Positions 8,178-18,212 are shown, numbered from the stretch's first letter. The stretch: DNA of 64,000 nucleotides from Candidatus Kapaibacterium sp. (GCA_937927515.1 CALBDO010000003.1:67274-131273), one strand, 5' to 3'. A program made the numbers and translations. The notes: generated by a model from the sequence alone, not told the origin.

Positions 8178-9260
8178 TTATTTAACTTCGTAATACTTTT
8201 CTTTAAATTTAAGTGCAAAGTTTACAAGAGTTATCAACACAGGAACCTCGACCAGCGGTCCTATAACAGTAGCAAAAGCAGCAGGCGAGTTTAAACCAAA
8301 CACTGCAACTGCAACAGCAATAGCTAATTCAAAATCATTACTACTTGCAGTAAATGATACTGTAGCAGCTTTTTCGTATGATATACCTTGTCTTTTTAGC
8401 AAAAAGAAGGTAAAAAAGAACAAAATAGCAAAATAGAACGTATATGGCAAGGAAACTCTAACAACATCAACCGGCAATTCAATAATTTTTTCACCTTTCA
8501 ACGAGAACATAACAAAGATTGTGAACAACAAAGCCATAGGAGTAAGTAAAGATATCTTTGGTATAAATTTATCAAAGTACCACTCTTCACTTTTTATTTT
8601 TACAAATATGAGTTGAGATATTACACCTAGAGTAAAAGGTATGCCCAAGTAAATTAGAACACTAACGGCTATTTCCAAGATTGAAACCTCGACCAAAGCT
8701 CCCTTCATACCAAATAATGGCGGTAGTACAGTAATAAAAAGGTATGCATAAATTGAATAAAATAGTACTTGAAACAAGGCATTAAAAGCGACGAGCCCAG
8801 CAGCAAGTTCTCTGTCGCCTTTGGCTAAATCATTCCAAACCAATACCATAGCAATGCACCTTGCCAATCCAACGAGAATCACCCCAATGGCTATGTCTGG
8901 CTTATCAGGCAAAAAGATTAATGCAAGGAAAAACATTAAAATAGGTCCAATAATCCAGTTTTGTATTAAAGAAATACTAAGTAATTTTATGTTTTTAAAG
9001 ACCACTGGTAAATTTTTATATTTTACCTTCGCAAGAGGTGGGTACATCATTAATATTAAACCTATTGCAATTGGAATATTCGTGGTGCCAATACTTAAAG
9101 AATCCCAAAAATTTGCAATACCTGGAAATAACGAGCCAAACGCAACACCAATGAACATAGTAATGAATATCCATAAAGTTAGATATCTTTCGAAAAAAGA
9201 AAGTTTTTTAGAAACGGAGACATCAGTTTGTTTTAATTCGAAAGGCTTACCAGTTATCAC
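8178..9260 (-). CDS. acr3: Acr3-family arsenite efflux transporter
   Basis: [56 protein letters not shown] start with SD AGGAGG. Confidence 0.96.
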   Translation of the reverse strand: MITGKPFELKQTDVSVSKKLSFFERYLTLWIFITMFIGVAFGSLFPGIANFWDSLSIGTTNIPIAIGLILMMYPPLAKVKYKNLPVVFKNIKLLSISLIQNWIIGPILMFFLALIFLPDKPDIAIGVILVGLARCIAMVLVWNDLAKGDRELAAGLVAFNALFQVLFYSIYAYLFITVLPPLFGMKGALVEVSILEIAVSVLIYLGIPFTLGVISQLIFVKIKSEEWYFDKFIPKISLLTPMALLFTIFVMFSLKGEKIIELPVDVVRVSLPYTFYFAILFFFTFFLLKRQGISYEKAATVSFTASSNDFELAIAVAVAVFGLNSPAAFATVIGPLVEVPVLITLVNFALKFKEKYYEVK

Positions 9261-9417
9261 TTGTACCTCCTAAAAAGAACAATGTTTGTAAAGTTCGACA
9301 AAAAATTCTTAGAGTCGGTATTAGAGTGAGTTTATTGTTTACTTAGAGAATTATTATGTTAAAGTTAGTAATTTAAAGATAGGAATTTAAACTTTGCAAA
9401 ACTAAAGGGTCAAAAAA

Positions 9418-10281
9418 TTATAATATCCTTCTTACTTTGTATCCCTTTCTCTTTAATAAGCTTACAATACCATTTTCTCCAAGTAAATGGATTGCTCCTA
9501 CGATAACAAAGTATGTTTCACAAGAGGAAAGATAGTCAGTTATTTTAGATACCATTTTAAGATTTCTCTGTTCATTTAAAATAAAATTGAACTCTTTCTG
9601 AACTTTATCCTCTAAATCAGTATATAATTCGCTTATGAGAAGTGTTTCATCTCCTTTGAGCCAGGCATTATAAGTTTTATCAAAACTGCTGGTATCTTGC
9701 TTGGCTTTTATAAGAAAATATTCAAAGAAAAACTCTGGAGACAATTCATATAAACTTTTAAATATGTTGAGTTGCTCATTGAAGGATTCCAATTCAAGAA
9801 TCCGTTTGGTGGAATCAATCCTTTTAAGGAAATGAAATTCAATGCCTTCAACAAAATAGTGTCCTGAGTATATTAAATCTAGATTAATTAAAAAAAGTAT
9901 GGCAAACCAAGGCTGCATTTGATTATAAAAAAACTTTGGAATAGAGTGCATTTTGAAGAGACTATCAACTATTCTAAAGTATTTCTTTGGCATAACTTTC
10001 TCCAAAGTATTCCCATCCTTAAAAGTCCCATATTCAAAAATTTTAAATGGGTCAAGATTTTTTAAATTGATTTCAAAAACAATATTTCTACATGTATGAA
10101 ATGTACTATTAACAATTGGGTCGAGTGGATAGGCAGATGATTTTGCAATGTGAATTGAGCCAAATAAATACACCTTTGAACTATCGGTCTCTATCAAATA
10201 AAAAAAGCCTTTCGCAAAAAGCGCATAGTGAAAATTTAAGATTGATACAATTATTACAAGATAAAACAGTTTTTGTTTCAT
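9418..10281 (-). CDS. TraB/GumN family protein
   Basis: Signal peptide, YLFGSIH, FEINL, RNLKM, VIVGAIHLLGENGIVSLLKRKGY. Confidence 0.85.
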   Translation of the reverse strand: MKQKLFYLVIIVSILNFHYALFAKGFFYLIETDSSKVYLFGSIHIAKSSAYPLDPIVNSTFHTCRNIVFEINLKNLDPFKIFEYGTFKDGNTLEKVMPKKYFRIVDSLFKMHSIPKFFYNQMQPWFAILFLINLDLIYSGHYFVEGIEFHFLKRIDSTKRILELESFNEQLNIFKSLYELSPEFFFEYFLIKAKQDTSSFDKTYNAWLKGDETLLISELYTDLEDKVQKEFNFILNEQRNLKMVSKITDYLSSCETYFVIVGAIHLLGENGIVSLLKRKGYKVRRIL

Positions 10282-10299
10282 AAAGTTTGCCTTGAACAT

Positions 10300-10307
10300 T
10301 AAATTTG
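10300..10307 (+). promoter_or_regulatory. Bacteroidota-type -7 promoter element TAnnTTTG
   Basis: TAAATTTG 25 nt before ATG 10333; same motif at similar spacing before several other genes. Confidence 0.4.
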
Positions 10308-10332
10308 TAAATTTATCAAAATAATTTTGAAT

Positions 10333-11559
10333 ATGAATAGAAACATTGTTATTATTTGGACTTTGTTAAGCCTACAATTTATTAATTGTACCAGACAAGA
10401 GACAGTAATTAAATTTTGGCACTTTTGGAGCGAACCCCAACAGGCCCAGGTAGTAAAGGAAATTGTAGCTAAATTCGAGCGAGAAAATCATTGTAAGGTA
10501 CAAATTTCGGAACTCTCATGGAACGACGGTAAAACAAAACTTATCTTAGCATTCAACTCTCGAACTGCCCCTGACGTACTAGAACTCGGTTCGGATTGGG
10601 TGGCTCAATTTTCCTCGGCCGAAATTTTGGAACCTTTGGACACAAGCGAATTTAAAATAAGTAGATTTCTCGATTACACAACTCATCCAGGTAAATTCAA
10701 CGGTATTCTTTATGCAATTCCCTGGACCATCGGTACAAGAGTTCTCTTTTGTAACTTAGAACTTATGGAAAAATGTGGTATTCTTAATCCCCCAAAGTCC
10801 CTCGATGAACTGCTCGAATATTCCAGAAAAATCAATGACAGTGGAATAGGTTATGGTTTCGGAGCAAATGGAAGCGACCCACATCGGCTATACAAAAAGA
10901 TTCTTCCTTTGATATGGACCTATGGAGGCGAGATAATTGATACAAACGGCAATATTAATATTAATATACCAGCATCAATGAAAGCTTTTCAGACTTACTT
11001 TCAACTTTCACGGGCGGGCATCATTGAAACTCAGAAACAAATCGACTTGTATTTTATTCAGGGAAAGGTTGCCTTTTGCTTCTCGGGAGAATGGTTGCTA
11101 ACAATGATAAACCAATCCAATTCTAATCTTAGATTCGAAACGTGCCTTATGCCTGGAATAAACGGTAAGCCAGGAATTTCATTTGCTGGTGGTGAATATT
11201 TAGCAATTAATGCAGAATCAAAACACAAAGATTTGTCAAAAAAATTAATTAATTTTCTTATTGAGGAGAAAAATTTAATCGACCTTTGCAATAAAATACC
11301 AAGCGCTGGATTCCCTCCGGACACAAATGCCTTAAAGAAACTATACAATATTAACAACCAGCACAAAGCTACATTTCTAGAACAGCTCAAATATTCTAAA
11401 ATGACCCCTGTGCACCCACGTTGGATTGAAATCGAACCAATCATCGAAAAAGCTCTTGTCGAAGTTATTTTTCAGAAGAAAGGAATACCCCAATCAATCC
11501 AGGAAGCGCAACGCCAGATAGAAATATTTAACAAGAACATATTTTTTAACAACATTTAG
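10333..11559 (+). CDS. Sugar ABC transporter extracellular solute-binding lipoprotein (orphan)
   Basis: Lipobox-like LQFINC, IKFWHFW, APDVLELGSDW, YAIPW, FAGGEYLAI; no permease adjacent. Confidence 0.85.
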   Translation: MNRNIVIIWTLLSLQFINCTRQETVIKFWHFWSEPQQAQVVKEIVAKFERENHCKVQISELSWNDGKTKLILAFNSRTAPDVLELGSDWVAQFSSAEILEPLDTSEFKISRFLDYTTHPGKFNGILYAIPWTIGTRVLFCNLELMEKCGILNPPKSLDELLEYSRKINDSGIGYGFGANGSDPHRLYKKILPLIWTYGGEIIDTNGNININIPASMKAFQTYFQLSRAGIIETQKQIDLYFIQGKVAFCFSGEWLLTMINQSNSNLRFETCLMPGINGKPGISFAGGEYLAINAESKHKDLSKKLINFLIEEKNLIDLCNKIPSAGFPPDTNALKKLYNINNQHKATFLEQLKYSKMTPVHPRWIEIEPIIEKALVEVIFQKKGIPQSIQEAQRQIEIFNKNIFFNNI

Positions 11560-11615
11560 ATAACAATTTCATAAAGTTTTGCTTGCTTTTATGTTAGTTT
11601 TTATTATTTTAGTTT

Positions 11616-11629
11616 TTAGTGTATTCTAA
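11616..11629. promoter_or_regulatory. Candidate DtxR/MntR-family operator
   Basis: TTAG-TGTATT-CTAA (TTAG-N6-CTAA, the spacing of the DtxR/SirR core TTAGgttagcCTAA) just upstream of feoA, in an operon ending in a DtxR-family gene. Confidence 0.55.
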
Positions 11630-11651
11630 GTTTTTAATTATTATGATAGAA

Positions 11652-11885
11652 ATGTTATTAAGCGAAGCACGAAACGAAAAAATTGTAAAAATCATCTCAA
11701 TAAATGCCTCCAAAGGTGCAAAATACAAGTTGCTCTCACTTGGTTTACATCCAAACGACATCATACAAATTCTTTCAAATCCTTCATTTGGTCCATTATT
11801 AATCAAAAACATATCTAAAGACAATGCAAGAATTGCGATTGGGCGAGTTATCGCTGAAAAAATCCAAGTCGAAAGCATCAATTAA
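11652..11885 (+). CDS. feoA: FeoA family protein
   Basis: KLLSLGLHPN...FGPLLI...RIAIGRVIAEKIQV; ATG at 11652 or 11643 preferred over GTG 11619. Confidence 0.88.
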   Translation: MLLSEARNEKIVKIISINASKGAKYKLLSLGLHPNDIIQILSNPSFGPLLIKNISKDNARIAIGRVIAEKIQVESIN

Positions 11886-13800
11886 AACCATAGTGTTGGT
11901 TGGACAGCCCAACTGTGGCAAGAGCACATTGTTTAACGCTCTTTCGGATATAAAAGTATCTACAGCTAATTTTGCAGGTACAACTGTTGAATATAAAGAC
12001 AGTTTAATTAATATCTATGGGCAAAGTGTTTACATAATTGATTTGCCAGGTATTTATTCATTGACACCATCTGAACCAGCTGAATACGCAACATTCAATT
12101 ACCTCCTGAATAATAATATCGACCTAATAATCAACGTGATTGACTCTACTCTCATAACAAAAAGCTTAGAATTAACAATTGAACTTAGCCAACTCGGGAT
12201 TCCAATTGTTATCGCTCTCAACATGAACGACGAAGCACAAAATAAAGGTATAGAGATTGATAATGAACTTTTATCTCGTTTCTTTGGGGGCATACCGGTT
12301 GTAAAAATATCGGCTCTATTTAGAAAAGGAATGACTGAATTGCTAAATTCAATTTACACTCAGCTTTTTACAGAACCGACTAAACCCGTTCAAATTTTAT
12401 TTTCAAAACCAATAGAGGATGCTTTAGCTAAATTTTCTGGTATTGTAGAAATATCTTTCTCTAAATCCATTCATAATAGATTTTTTTTAATCAAAGCACT
12501 GGAAAATGAAGATATTATAAAAAACTTTGTTAGAACTAATAACCAAGACTTATATTTAGAAATCAAAAGAAACTTGTCTAAACAATTTGGATTGTCTGTT
12601 TTCGAGATTTTTACAAACGAGCGAAATATATTGAGCACTAAAATTTCTCAACAAGTAACCAAACACAATCCCCAGCCTTTGGTGCCATTTATTGAAAAGA
12701 TTGATTTGCTTTTCCTAAGACCTTCGACTGGTTACTTTTTTGCGATTATATTTTTTGTGCTATACTTCACACTCATTTTTATTTTCGGTGGTTTGTTGAG
12801 CGAAATTCTCGAAAAGCCACTGGGAAACCTTTCTATACTTATCGAACCTTTGAAAACAACCACACAGCTCGGGTGGTTTGTTGCCGATGGGTTAATCCAA
12901 GGACTTTTGGGAGCAATTGGTATTGTTTTACCATACTTTTTGCCGCTGTTGTTTTTAACCGCTATACTCGAGGAAAGTGGTTACATGGCGAGAATAGCTT
13001 ATCTTATGGATGTTGTCTTCCATCAGATTGGGCTTCACGGAAAGTCTGTTGCTTCGTTCATAATGGGATTTGGGTGCACAGTTCCAGCTGTATTTGCTAC
13101 AAGGATTATAGAAAATCGAAGAGATAGACTCTTAGCATCCATTCTTATAAATTTCATACCTTGTTCGGCAAGATTGACAGTCATCTTTGCTCTCACAACT
13201 GCGCTAACTGGACCAATTTGGACAATTGTAATTTTTTTCTTTATTCTTCTTGCAATTGCATCTACAGCAAAAATTCTTTCTTGGTTTTTACCAAAACCAA
13301 CTGGTTTAATTATGGAAATTCCTCCACTTCGAATTCCTTCAATTCAAATAGTTTTTAAAAAAACTTATTTCAAACTTTTGGAATTCTTCAAAATCGCTTT
13401 TCCATTTCTTCTGCTTGGAAGTGTCATTTTAGCAATCCTTGAATATTTAAACTTTCATTATTTTGTAAATTCTTTACTATCCCCTTTAATACAAAATATT
13501 TTAGGATTGCCAAAGGAATTGGGTACAGCATTGGTCTTTGGTTTTCTTCGTAAAGAACTCGCTGTATTTATGATTGCCCGCTCATTTGGAACTACTGATT
13601 TACATTTATTACCAATGACGATTACACAAGTTCTAACTTTTATAGTTTTTGTAGTATTCTATCTACCTTGTATTTCCACAACAGCAGTATTTTGGAAGGA
13701 ATTTGGATGGAAACATCTTCTCCTGACAATTACGATTGGGTTGACTATGTCGATAATTTCTGCTTTGTTTTTTAGGTTTGCATTAACAACTTTTTTATGA
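11824..13800 (+). CDS. feoB: Ferrous iron/manganese transporter FeoB
   Basis: G1 GQPNCGKST, NFAGTTVE, DLPG, NMND; membrane motifs LEESGYMAR, GFGCTVPA, IPCSAR, YLPC. Confidence 0.95.
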   Translation: MQELRLGELSLKKSKSKASIKTIVLVGQPNCGKSTLFNALSDIKVSTANFAGTTVEYKDSLINIYGQSVYIIDLPGIYSLTPSEPAEYATFNYLLNNNIDLIINVIDSTLITKSLELTIELSQLGIPIVIALNMNDEAQNKGIEIDNELLSRFFGGIPVVKISALFRKGMTELLNSIYTQLFTEPTKPVQILFSKPIEDALAKFSGIVEISFSKSIHNRFFLIKALENEDIIKNFVRTNNQDLYLEIKRNLSKQFGLSVFEIFTNERNILSTKISQQVTKHNPQPLVPFIEKIDLLFLRPSTGYFFAIIFFVLYFTLIFIFGGLLSEILEKPLGNLSILIEPLKTTTQLGWFVADGLIQGLLGAIGIVLPYFLPLLFLTAILEESGYMARIAYLMDVVFHQIGLHGKSVASFIMGFGCTVPAVFATRIIENRRDRLLASILINFIPCSARLTVIFALTTALTGPIWTIVIFFFILLAIASTAKILSWFLPKPTGLIMEIPPLRIPSIQIVFKKTYFKLLEFFKIAFPFLLLGSVILAILEYLNFHYFVNSLLSPLIQNILGLPKELGTALVFGFLRKELAVFMIARSFGTTDLHLLPMTITQVLTFIVFVVFYLPCISTTAVFWKEFGWKHLLLTITIGLTMSIISALFFRFALTTFL

Positions 13801-13876
13801 TTTCAAATTTTTATGTTATAATTTTTTTTATATTATTTTTGTTATTTTAAATATTTGAAAATTAATAGGTTTTGCA

Positions 13877-14530
13877 ATGGTTAGTCAAGCTGTTCAAGAT
13901 TACTTAAAAGCAATTTTCAAACTTCAGAAGGACAGTCCAGTTTCGACAACTGAGTTAGCAAAAGAATTAAACGTGTCTGGCGCCTCTGTTACGGGAATGT
14001 TAAAACGTCTTGCAAGTATGGGACTTGTTGAGTATAACTCATATCATGGAGCAAAACTAACTCCCTCTGGCGAAAAGGTCGCTTTGGAAACTATACGCTT
14101 CCATCGTTTGCTGGAGCTTTATTTAAAAGAGCAGTTACATTATCCTTTGGACAAAGTCCACGAGGAAGCTTGCAAACTCGAACACTTCATTTCGGAGGAA
14201 TTCATTGAAAGAATTAATGAAATATTAGGCGACCCAAAGTTCGACCCCCACGGACATCCAATCCCTACAAAAGAGGGATTTCTCTTGAATCAAGATGAAA
14301 TTCCTTTGACCGATGCAGAAATAGGTGTATCCTATACAATTGGTCACCTGGAAGATGATAATCCAGAACTTCTTGCATATTTAGAAAGCCTTGGACTTTT
14401 ACCAGGAACTGTTATCAAAATTATTGAAAAACTTCCATTCTATGGACCAATCTCACTGAAAATAAAAAACTCACCCAAAACACATACTATTGGATTCGAG
14501 GTTGCCAAAAGAATATTCGTTCAAAAATAA
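13877..14530 (+). CDS. mntR: DtxR/MntR-family metal-dependent repressor with FeoA-like C-terminal domain
   Basis: QDYLKAIF, HRLLELYL, HEEACKLEH, DPHGHPIP. Confidence 0.9.
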   Translation: MVSQAVQDYLKAIFKLQKDSPVSTTELAKELNVSGASVTGMLKRLASMGLVEYNSYHGAKLTPSGEKVALETIRFHRLLELYLKEQLHYPLDKVHEEACKLEHFISEEFIERINEILGDPKFDPHGHPIPTKEGFLLNQDEIPLTDAEIGVSYTIGHLEDDNPELLAYLESLGLLPGTVIKIIEKLPFYGPISLKIKNSPKTHTIGFEVAKRIFVQK

Positions 14531-14540
14531 TTTTTAATAA

Positions 14541-16877
14541 ATGAAAAACATTCCAGACATATCATTCTGTCTGATTGTTAAGAACGAAGAAAGATTTCTG
14601 GAAAATTGTCTAATTTCTATCGTCCCTATAGCAAAAGAGATTGTAATAGTTGATACCGGCTCTACTGATAACACAATCAGAATTGCAAAGAAGTATACAA
14701 ACAAAGTATATTACTACCAATGGGACGACAACTTTTCCACCGCGAGGAATTTCGCCATCTCTTTGGCAGAGTGTCCTTTTATTTTCTCAATAGACGGTGA
14801 CGAAGAACTAAAGAATCCCGAGGCTGTTATCAATGCTATTAACAATTCAAGCGGTGAAACTGGTGGTTGGTTAGTTACAAATATATCCATGGCATCAAGG
14901 AAGATAGGGACCGGTTTCGATACTTTTGCAACAAAATTAGTTCGCCTATTCCGAAATCATCCAAATATTCGATTCCAAGGTATAGTTCACGAACAGATAA
15001 TTCACTCAATATTGGGAAATAATTTTAAAATTTCCGACACCGAAATTATACTTTTACATTATGGCTACTCTCTTGCGCCCTCTGAGATGCAAAAAAAGCA
15101 AATCAGAAATCTAGACCTACTTTTGAACGCAATAGCAAAAGACCCAAACAATGCATATTATCATTTTCAAATTGCCAAAACATATCTCGCTTTAGATAAA
15201 CTTGTTGATGCTGACCATTATATTGAAAATTCATTGAAATTTTCTAACCAAGATAGCATCATACGACCACAGGCCTTAAATTATGGTGGTATAATCTCTT
15301 TCAAACTCGGAGATTTCGAAAAGTCCATCCAAAGAGCCAATGAATCATTAAAAATTATTCCAGTTCAGGCATTCGCAAATTTCATTTTAGGGGAAACATA
15401 CTCAGCTTTGACAGACTATAGGACTGCACTGCGTCACTATCAAGATATGGAAAATGCGCTAAAAAATCCTTCGCAACTTGCTTTAGTTATGGGAGATTAT
15501 TACTTACCCTTCGAAGCCTTGTATTTCCGCTTTGGAAGATGCTACATAGGAATTAGGCAATTCAACGATGCAGAAAAATATTTTAAAAAAGCCTTAGATA
15601 TTAATCCCAATGATTTCGACTCAGTAAGAGGTTTAGCAAATGCTCTTGTCTTTCAAAATAGATTTACAGAGGCACTTAAAATCCTTGAGGATTTTAAATC
15701 GAGGAATCCACAGTTAGAACATGAAGTTGCAAGCTTCATTGCTCAAGTCCAATCTTATCAACTAAATTCAATCAAATTGAAAAAACAAGATACATATAAG
15801 ACCGAAATAGAAACTCATTCCGAAAAACACTTTTCTTCTGCTGCTCAAACGCAACCACTATTATCCTTGAGTATGATTGTGAAAAACGAACAAAAGTACT
15901 TACCAGGCTGTTTAGAAAGTGTTCGGGATATTGTGGATGAAATAGTAATTCTTGACACTGGTTCGACAGACGAAACAAAAAACATCGCCAAAAGTTTTGG
16001 AGCAAGAATATATGAAACGCAATGGAGGGAAGATTTTTCACTTGCCCGCAATGAATCACTAAGCCATTGTAATGGTAAATGGATATTGTATTTAGATGCC
16101 GATGAAAGAGTGGTATATCCTAGCCCTTCTGAATTAAGAACTTTAATAGAAAATGCAGACCCATCTGTCGGTGCATTTTATTGTCTAATTGAAAGCGAGC
16201 ATTATCAAATGGACGGTAGTACAGAAGTACACCGTGGTGGTTATCCTCGAATATTTAGAAATCTCGGCTATCCCAAAATCAAATTTGTTGGTAGAGTACA
16301 CGAGCAAATTGCACCGTCGATATTCCAGAATGGTTTAAGCATACAATTTTCTGATGTAAAAATCCTCCACCTTGGTTACAATCAAAGCCGAGAAGTGATG
16401 GAGAGCAAAATTCGAAGAAACTATAGTATGCTCATACATCATGTAAAAGAAGAACCTTTGAATGGATATGCTTGGTACCAATTAGGGCAGACACTTGCTC
16501 AAATGGGTTTAGCCAACGAAGCAGAGAACGCAATTCGAATGGCTATCAGAACAAAAACACTTTCGAATTCTATTTATGCTTGTGCAGCATCTACTCTTGC
16601 AAAAATGGTTGGCAATCGCGGAAAGTATCAAGAAGCACTCTACTGGGCAGAGCAATCTTTGCAGAAAGTTCCAGACCAAATTTATGCACTCCATTTAAAA
16701 GCTTATGCATTGTTGTATCTGCAAAGATTTGAAGAAGCAGAACAAGAATTCAAAGAAGTTTTGAATAGAATTACCGTCAAAAAAGGAATTCCACTTACCG
16801 GTTTCGACATTGTTATACCTGAACACATCGTTGTGAAAGGATTGGAAATGGCACAAAAAAAAATAAAACCAAAATAA
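14541..16877 (+). CDS. Tandem-duplicated GT2 glycosyltransferase-TPR protein
   Basis: Two modules: IVKNEE..DTGSTD..DGDE..VHEQ..HYGY+TPR and IVKNEQ..DTGSTD..DADE..VHEQ..HLGY+TPR. Confidence 0.9.
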   Translation: MKNIPDISFCLIVKNEERFLENCLISIVPIAKEIVIVDTGSTDNTIRIAKKYTNKVYYYQWDDNFSTARNFAISLAECPFIFSIDGDEELKNPEAVINAINNSSGETGGWLVTNISMASRKIGTGFDTFATKLVRLFRNHPNIRFQGIVHEQIIHSILGNNFKISDTEIILLHYGYSLAPSEMQKKQIRNLDLLLNAIAKDPNNAYYHFQIAKTYLALDKLVDADHYIENSLKFSNQDSIIRPQALNYGGIISFKLGDFEKSIQRANESLKIIPVQAFANFILGETYSALTDYRTALRHYQDMENALKNPSQLALVMGDYYLPFEALYFRFGRCYIGIRQFNDAEKYFKKALDINPNDFDSVRGLANALVFQNRFTEALKILEDFKSRNPQLEHEVASFIAQVQSYQLNSIKLKKQDTYKTEIETHSEKHFSSAAQTQPLLSLSMIVKNEQKYLPGCLESVRDIVDEIVILDTGSTDETKNIAKSFGARIYETQWREDFSLARNESLSHCNGKWILYLDADERVVYPSPSELRTLIENADPSVGAFYCLIESEHYQMDGSTEVHRGGYPRIFRNLGYPKIKFVGRVHEQIAPSIFQNGLSIQFSDVKILHLGYNQSREVMESKIRRNYSMLIHHVKEEPLNGYAWYQLGQTLAQMGLANEAENAIRMAIRTKTLSNSIYACAASTLAKMVGNRGKYQEALYWAEQSLQKVPDQIYALHLKAYALLYLQRFEEAEQEFKEVLNRITVKKGIPLTGFDIVIPEHIVVKGLEMAQKKIKPK

Positions 16878-16909
16878 ATTGTGTTCATTTAAAAATCAAA
16901 ACTATTTTG

Positions 16910-16917
16910 TAATTTTG
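16910..16917 (+). promoter_or_regulatory. TAnnTTTG -7 element upstream of tRNA
   Basis: TAATTTTG 15 nt before the tRNA 5' end. Confidence 0.45.
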
Positions 16918-16932
16918 CCTGTGAATTTAAAA

Positions 16933-17005
16933 GCCAACATAGCTCAGCTGGTAGAGCAGCTCACTCGTAATGAGCAGGCCGGCGGTTCGAATCCGCCTGT
17001 TGGCT
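16933..17005 (+). tRNA. tRNA-Thr(CGT)
   Basis: GCCAACA/TGTTGGC acceptor stem, D-arm AGCTCAGCTGGTAGAGC, anticodon arm GCTCA-CTCGTAA-TGAGC, T-arm GGCGG-TTCGAAT-CCGCC; CCA not encoded. Confidence 0.97.
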
Positions 17006-17010
17006 CTAAT

Positions 17011-18207
17011 TCAGTAATACAGATGAATTTGAAAATGCCACCTTGTCGAACTACTCTCGGTTGATTTAAAAAATCTATATTCTCCTATCAGCTCCAAATA
17101 AGGAATTGGAAAATACTTGACCCCCAAGGTTGAAGAGTAATTATATATTTTCCACACATTTTCTTTGGTAATTGATAGATTAGTAAACCCAGTTTCGAAA
17201 ACAAAGAAAGGTATAAAACCCCTAAAAGGATAATAAAAAATCTGAAAGATGATATTATTGGTTTTCCTCAATTCATTAAGAGAAGTAAAAACATACTCTC
17301 CTGTTATTCCTAAAAATTCAGAAATATTTAGGCCAAAATAACTGCTTGAACACAGAAATTCTCCATTCAATAATATTGAGCTACCAATATATTTGAACAA
17401 TAGAAAATCATCAAATATAGAAGGATAAAATACAACTTTTGTGTTGAAAGTAGGATTATGCTTTACCACAATGGGGATATTCCCAAAAATAGTAATTTGA
17501 GAAATAAAACGGGAATCGAAGGCACCAAAGAATAAGTCAAAACTTTCGTATCTTCTATATGAAAGCTCAATACCAAACTCTGAGTAATCTGGAGGAAAGA
17601 GGCTGGATGTATAGTCCACTGAAGCAATTCTACGGTTAAATCGTGTCATGTCACAATCACGAATGCCAAAGGAAGGCTGAAACTTTCCAATTTGCACTTC
17701 TGGTAGCAAATCCGAAATTTTAAAATTAATCGAAGCAGACCAGTTATCCTGACCTTGAAATACAATCGGAGCAATGTTGTATTGACCATTTAAAGAGAGG
17801 TTTTCATTCATCTTAATCAAAAAATACAATGCGAATTCCATCGGAAAATATCTTCTTTTGGCAAGCTCGGTACGATGCGAGCGAGTAGACTGGAAACGAA
17901 AATCCAAACCAAATGCAAATGGACGTGAAAATTGTTTTTTTGGGGTAACATCAAAAAAATGAATTGTATCCCAATATTGTTCTTTATCAAATAGGCTATA
18001 TATTCTATCGATTTCTTCATTGCCTATCGGAAAATGTGAAGCGTCCCGAATAAATTTCCATCCGAACTCAGTTCGAATTCCACCGCCTTGTGGATTAATA
18101 TGACACTTTGAACATTTGTTGCCCGAGTAAATAGCCAGCTCTAGTGTACCATAAACAACGAAGCTGTAAAGAAAAAAAAGTAACAGAGGAATTAATACCC
18201 TTACCAT
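17011..18207 (-). CDS. Outer-membrane beta-barrel protein with N-terminal single heme-c motif
   Basis: Signal peptide then CSKCHINPQGGGIRTEFG; amphipathic strands, QIGKFQPSFG, aromatic C-terminus WHFQIHLYY. Confidence 0.7.
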   Translation of the reverse strand: MVRVLIPLLLFFLYSFVVYGTLELAIYSGNKCSKCHINPQGGGIRTEFGWKFIRDASHFPIGNEEIDRIYSLFDKEQYWDTIHFFDVTPKKQFSRPFAFGLDFRFQSTRSHRTELAKRRYFPMEFALYFLIKMNENLSLNGQYNIAPIVFQGQDNWSASINFKISDLLPEVQIGKFQPSFGIRDCDMTRFNRRIASVDYTSSLFPPDYSEFGIELSYRRYESFDLFFGAFDSRFISQITIFGNIPIVVKHNPTFNTKVVFYPSIFDDFLLFKYIGSSILLNGEFLCSSSYFGLNISEFLGITGEYVFTSLNELRKTNNIIFQIFYYPFRGFIPFFVFETGFTNLSITKENVWKIYNYSSTLGVKYFPIPYLELIGEYRFFKSTESSSTRWHFQIHLYY

Positions 18208-18212
18208 AATTT

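Noticed and set aside
16879..17064. 61-aa ORF over the tRNA; tRNA as an integration site
   Set aside because: The ORF is a translation of tRNA-Thr; no integrase or duplicated tRNA 3' end was seen in the window
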